This document shows positions 63,187 to 64,000 of a stretch of DNA of 64,000 bases, piece after piece. Source of the stretch: Chrysemys picta bellii (lineage: Eukaryota); the NCBI RefSeq assembly GCF_011386835.1, contig NC_088808.1, positions 21,204,001 to 21,268,000 of the forward strand, written 5' to 3'. The notes under the pieces were generated by a model. The model was not told the DNA's origin and ran no database searches. It saw only the letters and a program-made list of their open reading frames with translations. The position numbers and the translations under genes were made by a program. Every line of letters begins with the position of its first letter. Position 1 is the stretch's first letter.

Positions 63187-64000
63187 CAGAGTTCACTTAT
63201 AAAGTTTGCGGATGATACCAAGCTGGGAGGGGTTGCAAGTGCTTTGGACAAACTGGAGAAATGGTCTGAAGTAAATAGGATGAAATTCAATAAGGACAAA
63301 TGCAAAGTACTCCATTTAGGAAGGAACAATCAGTTGCACACATACAAAATGGGAAACGTCTGCCTAGGAAGGAGTACTGCAGAAAGGGATCTGGGGGTCA
63401 GAGTGGATCACAAGCTAAATATGAGTCAACAGTGTAACGCTGTTGCAAAAAAAAAAAAAAAAAAGCGAACATCATTCTGGGATGTATTAGCGAGAGTGTT
63501 GTAAGCAAGACACAAGAAGTAATTCTTCCACTCTGACTAGGTCTCAGCTGGAGTATTGTGTCCAGTTCTGGGTGCCACATTTCAGGAAAGATGTGGACAA
63601 ATTGGAGAAAACCCAGAGAAGAGCAACAAAAATGATTAAAGGTCTAGAAAACATGAACTATGAGGGAAGATTGAAAAAAACTGGGTTTGTTTAGTCTGGA
63701 GATGAGAAGACTAAGAGGGGATGTGATAACAGTTTTCAAGTATGTAGAAGGTTGTTACAAGGAGGAGGGAGAAAAATTGTTCTTCTTAATCTCTGAGGAT
63801 AGGACAAGAAGCAATGGGCTTAAATTGCAGCAAGGATGGTTTAGGTTGGACATTAGGAAAAACTTCCTAACTGTCAGGATGGTTAAGCACTGGAATAAAT
63901 TGCCTAGGGAGGTTGTGGAATCTCCATCATTGGGGATTTTTAAGAGCAGGTTAGACAAACACCTGTCAGGGATGGTCTAGATAATACTTAGTCCTGCCAT
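63187..64000 (+). mobile_element. 5'-truncated CR1 LINE, ORF2 RT C-terminus, decayed
   Basis: KFADDTKLGG ... MKFNKDKCKVLHLG ... RRLRGD ... RSNGLKLQQG.FRLDIRKNF ... WNKLPREVVESPSL; internal deletions and frameshifts. Confidence 0.95.

Noticed and set aside
1-64000. CRISPR arrays, prokaryotic operons or intact autonomous transposase/viral genes
   Set aside because: Eukaryotic intron-exon DNA; no regularly spaced repeats, and no long transposase, gag, pol or env ORF.

Overview
Vertebrate genomic DNA, almost certainly from a turtle. The evidence is a tRNA-derived Pol III/SINE with a CR1 tail, turtle-type Penelope-like repeats, GC-rich hAT MITEs and a CR1 LINE. The gene content matches human 9q33 (B3GALT9-PSMD5-CUTAL). 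Left to right: (1) the last three coding exons of an unidentified + strand gene (228-2485); (2) a minus-strand multi-exon Kelch gene (7842-22708) whose six-blade propeller and exon phases match KLHL20/diablo, but with no BTB/BACK exons visible and one apparent +1 frameshift in a G5 run; (3) B3GALT9 (+), with a 2-codon first coding exon and a non-canonical DxD motif; (4) a complete 10-exon PSMD5 (-, 504 aa); (5) a head-to-head CpG-island promoter; (6) the first three coding exons of CUTAL (+), which runs off the window. Introns and intergenic DNA are rich in hAT/Tigger MITEs, CORE/MIR-like SINEs, CR1/RTE fragments, a probable solo LTR, and Penelope-derived inverted repeats carrying minimal hammerhead-ribozyme motifs. 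All gene models were spliced by hand from the sequence; family assignments rest on recalled protein features, and no database search was run. No CRISPR, rRNA or true tRNA genes were seen.
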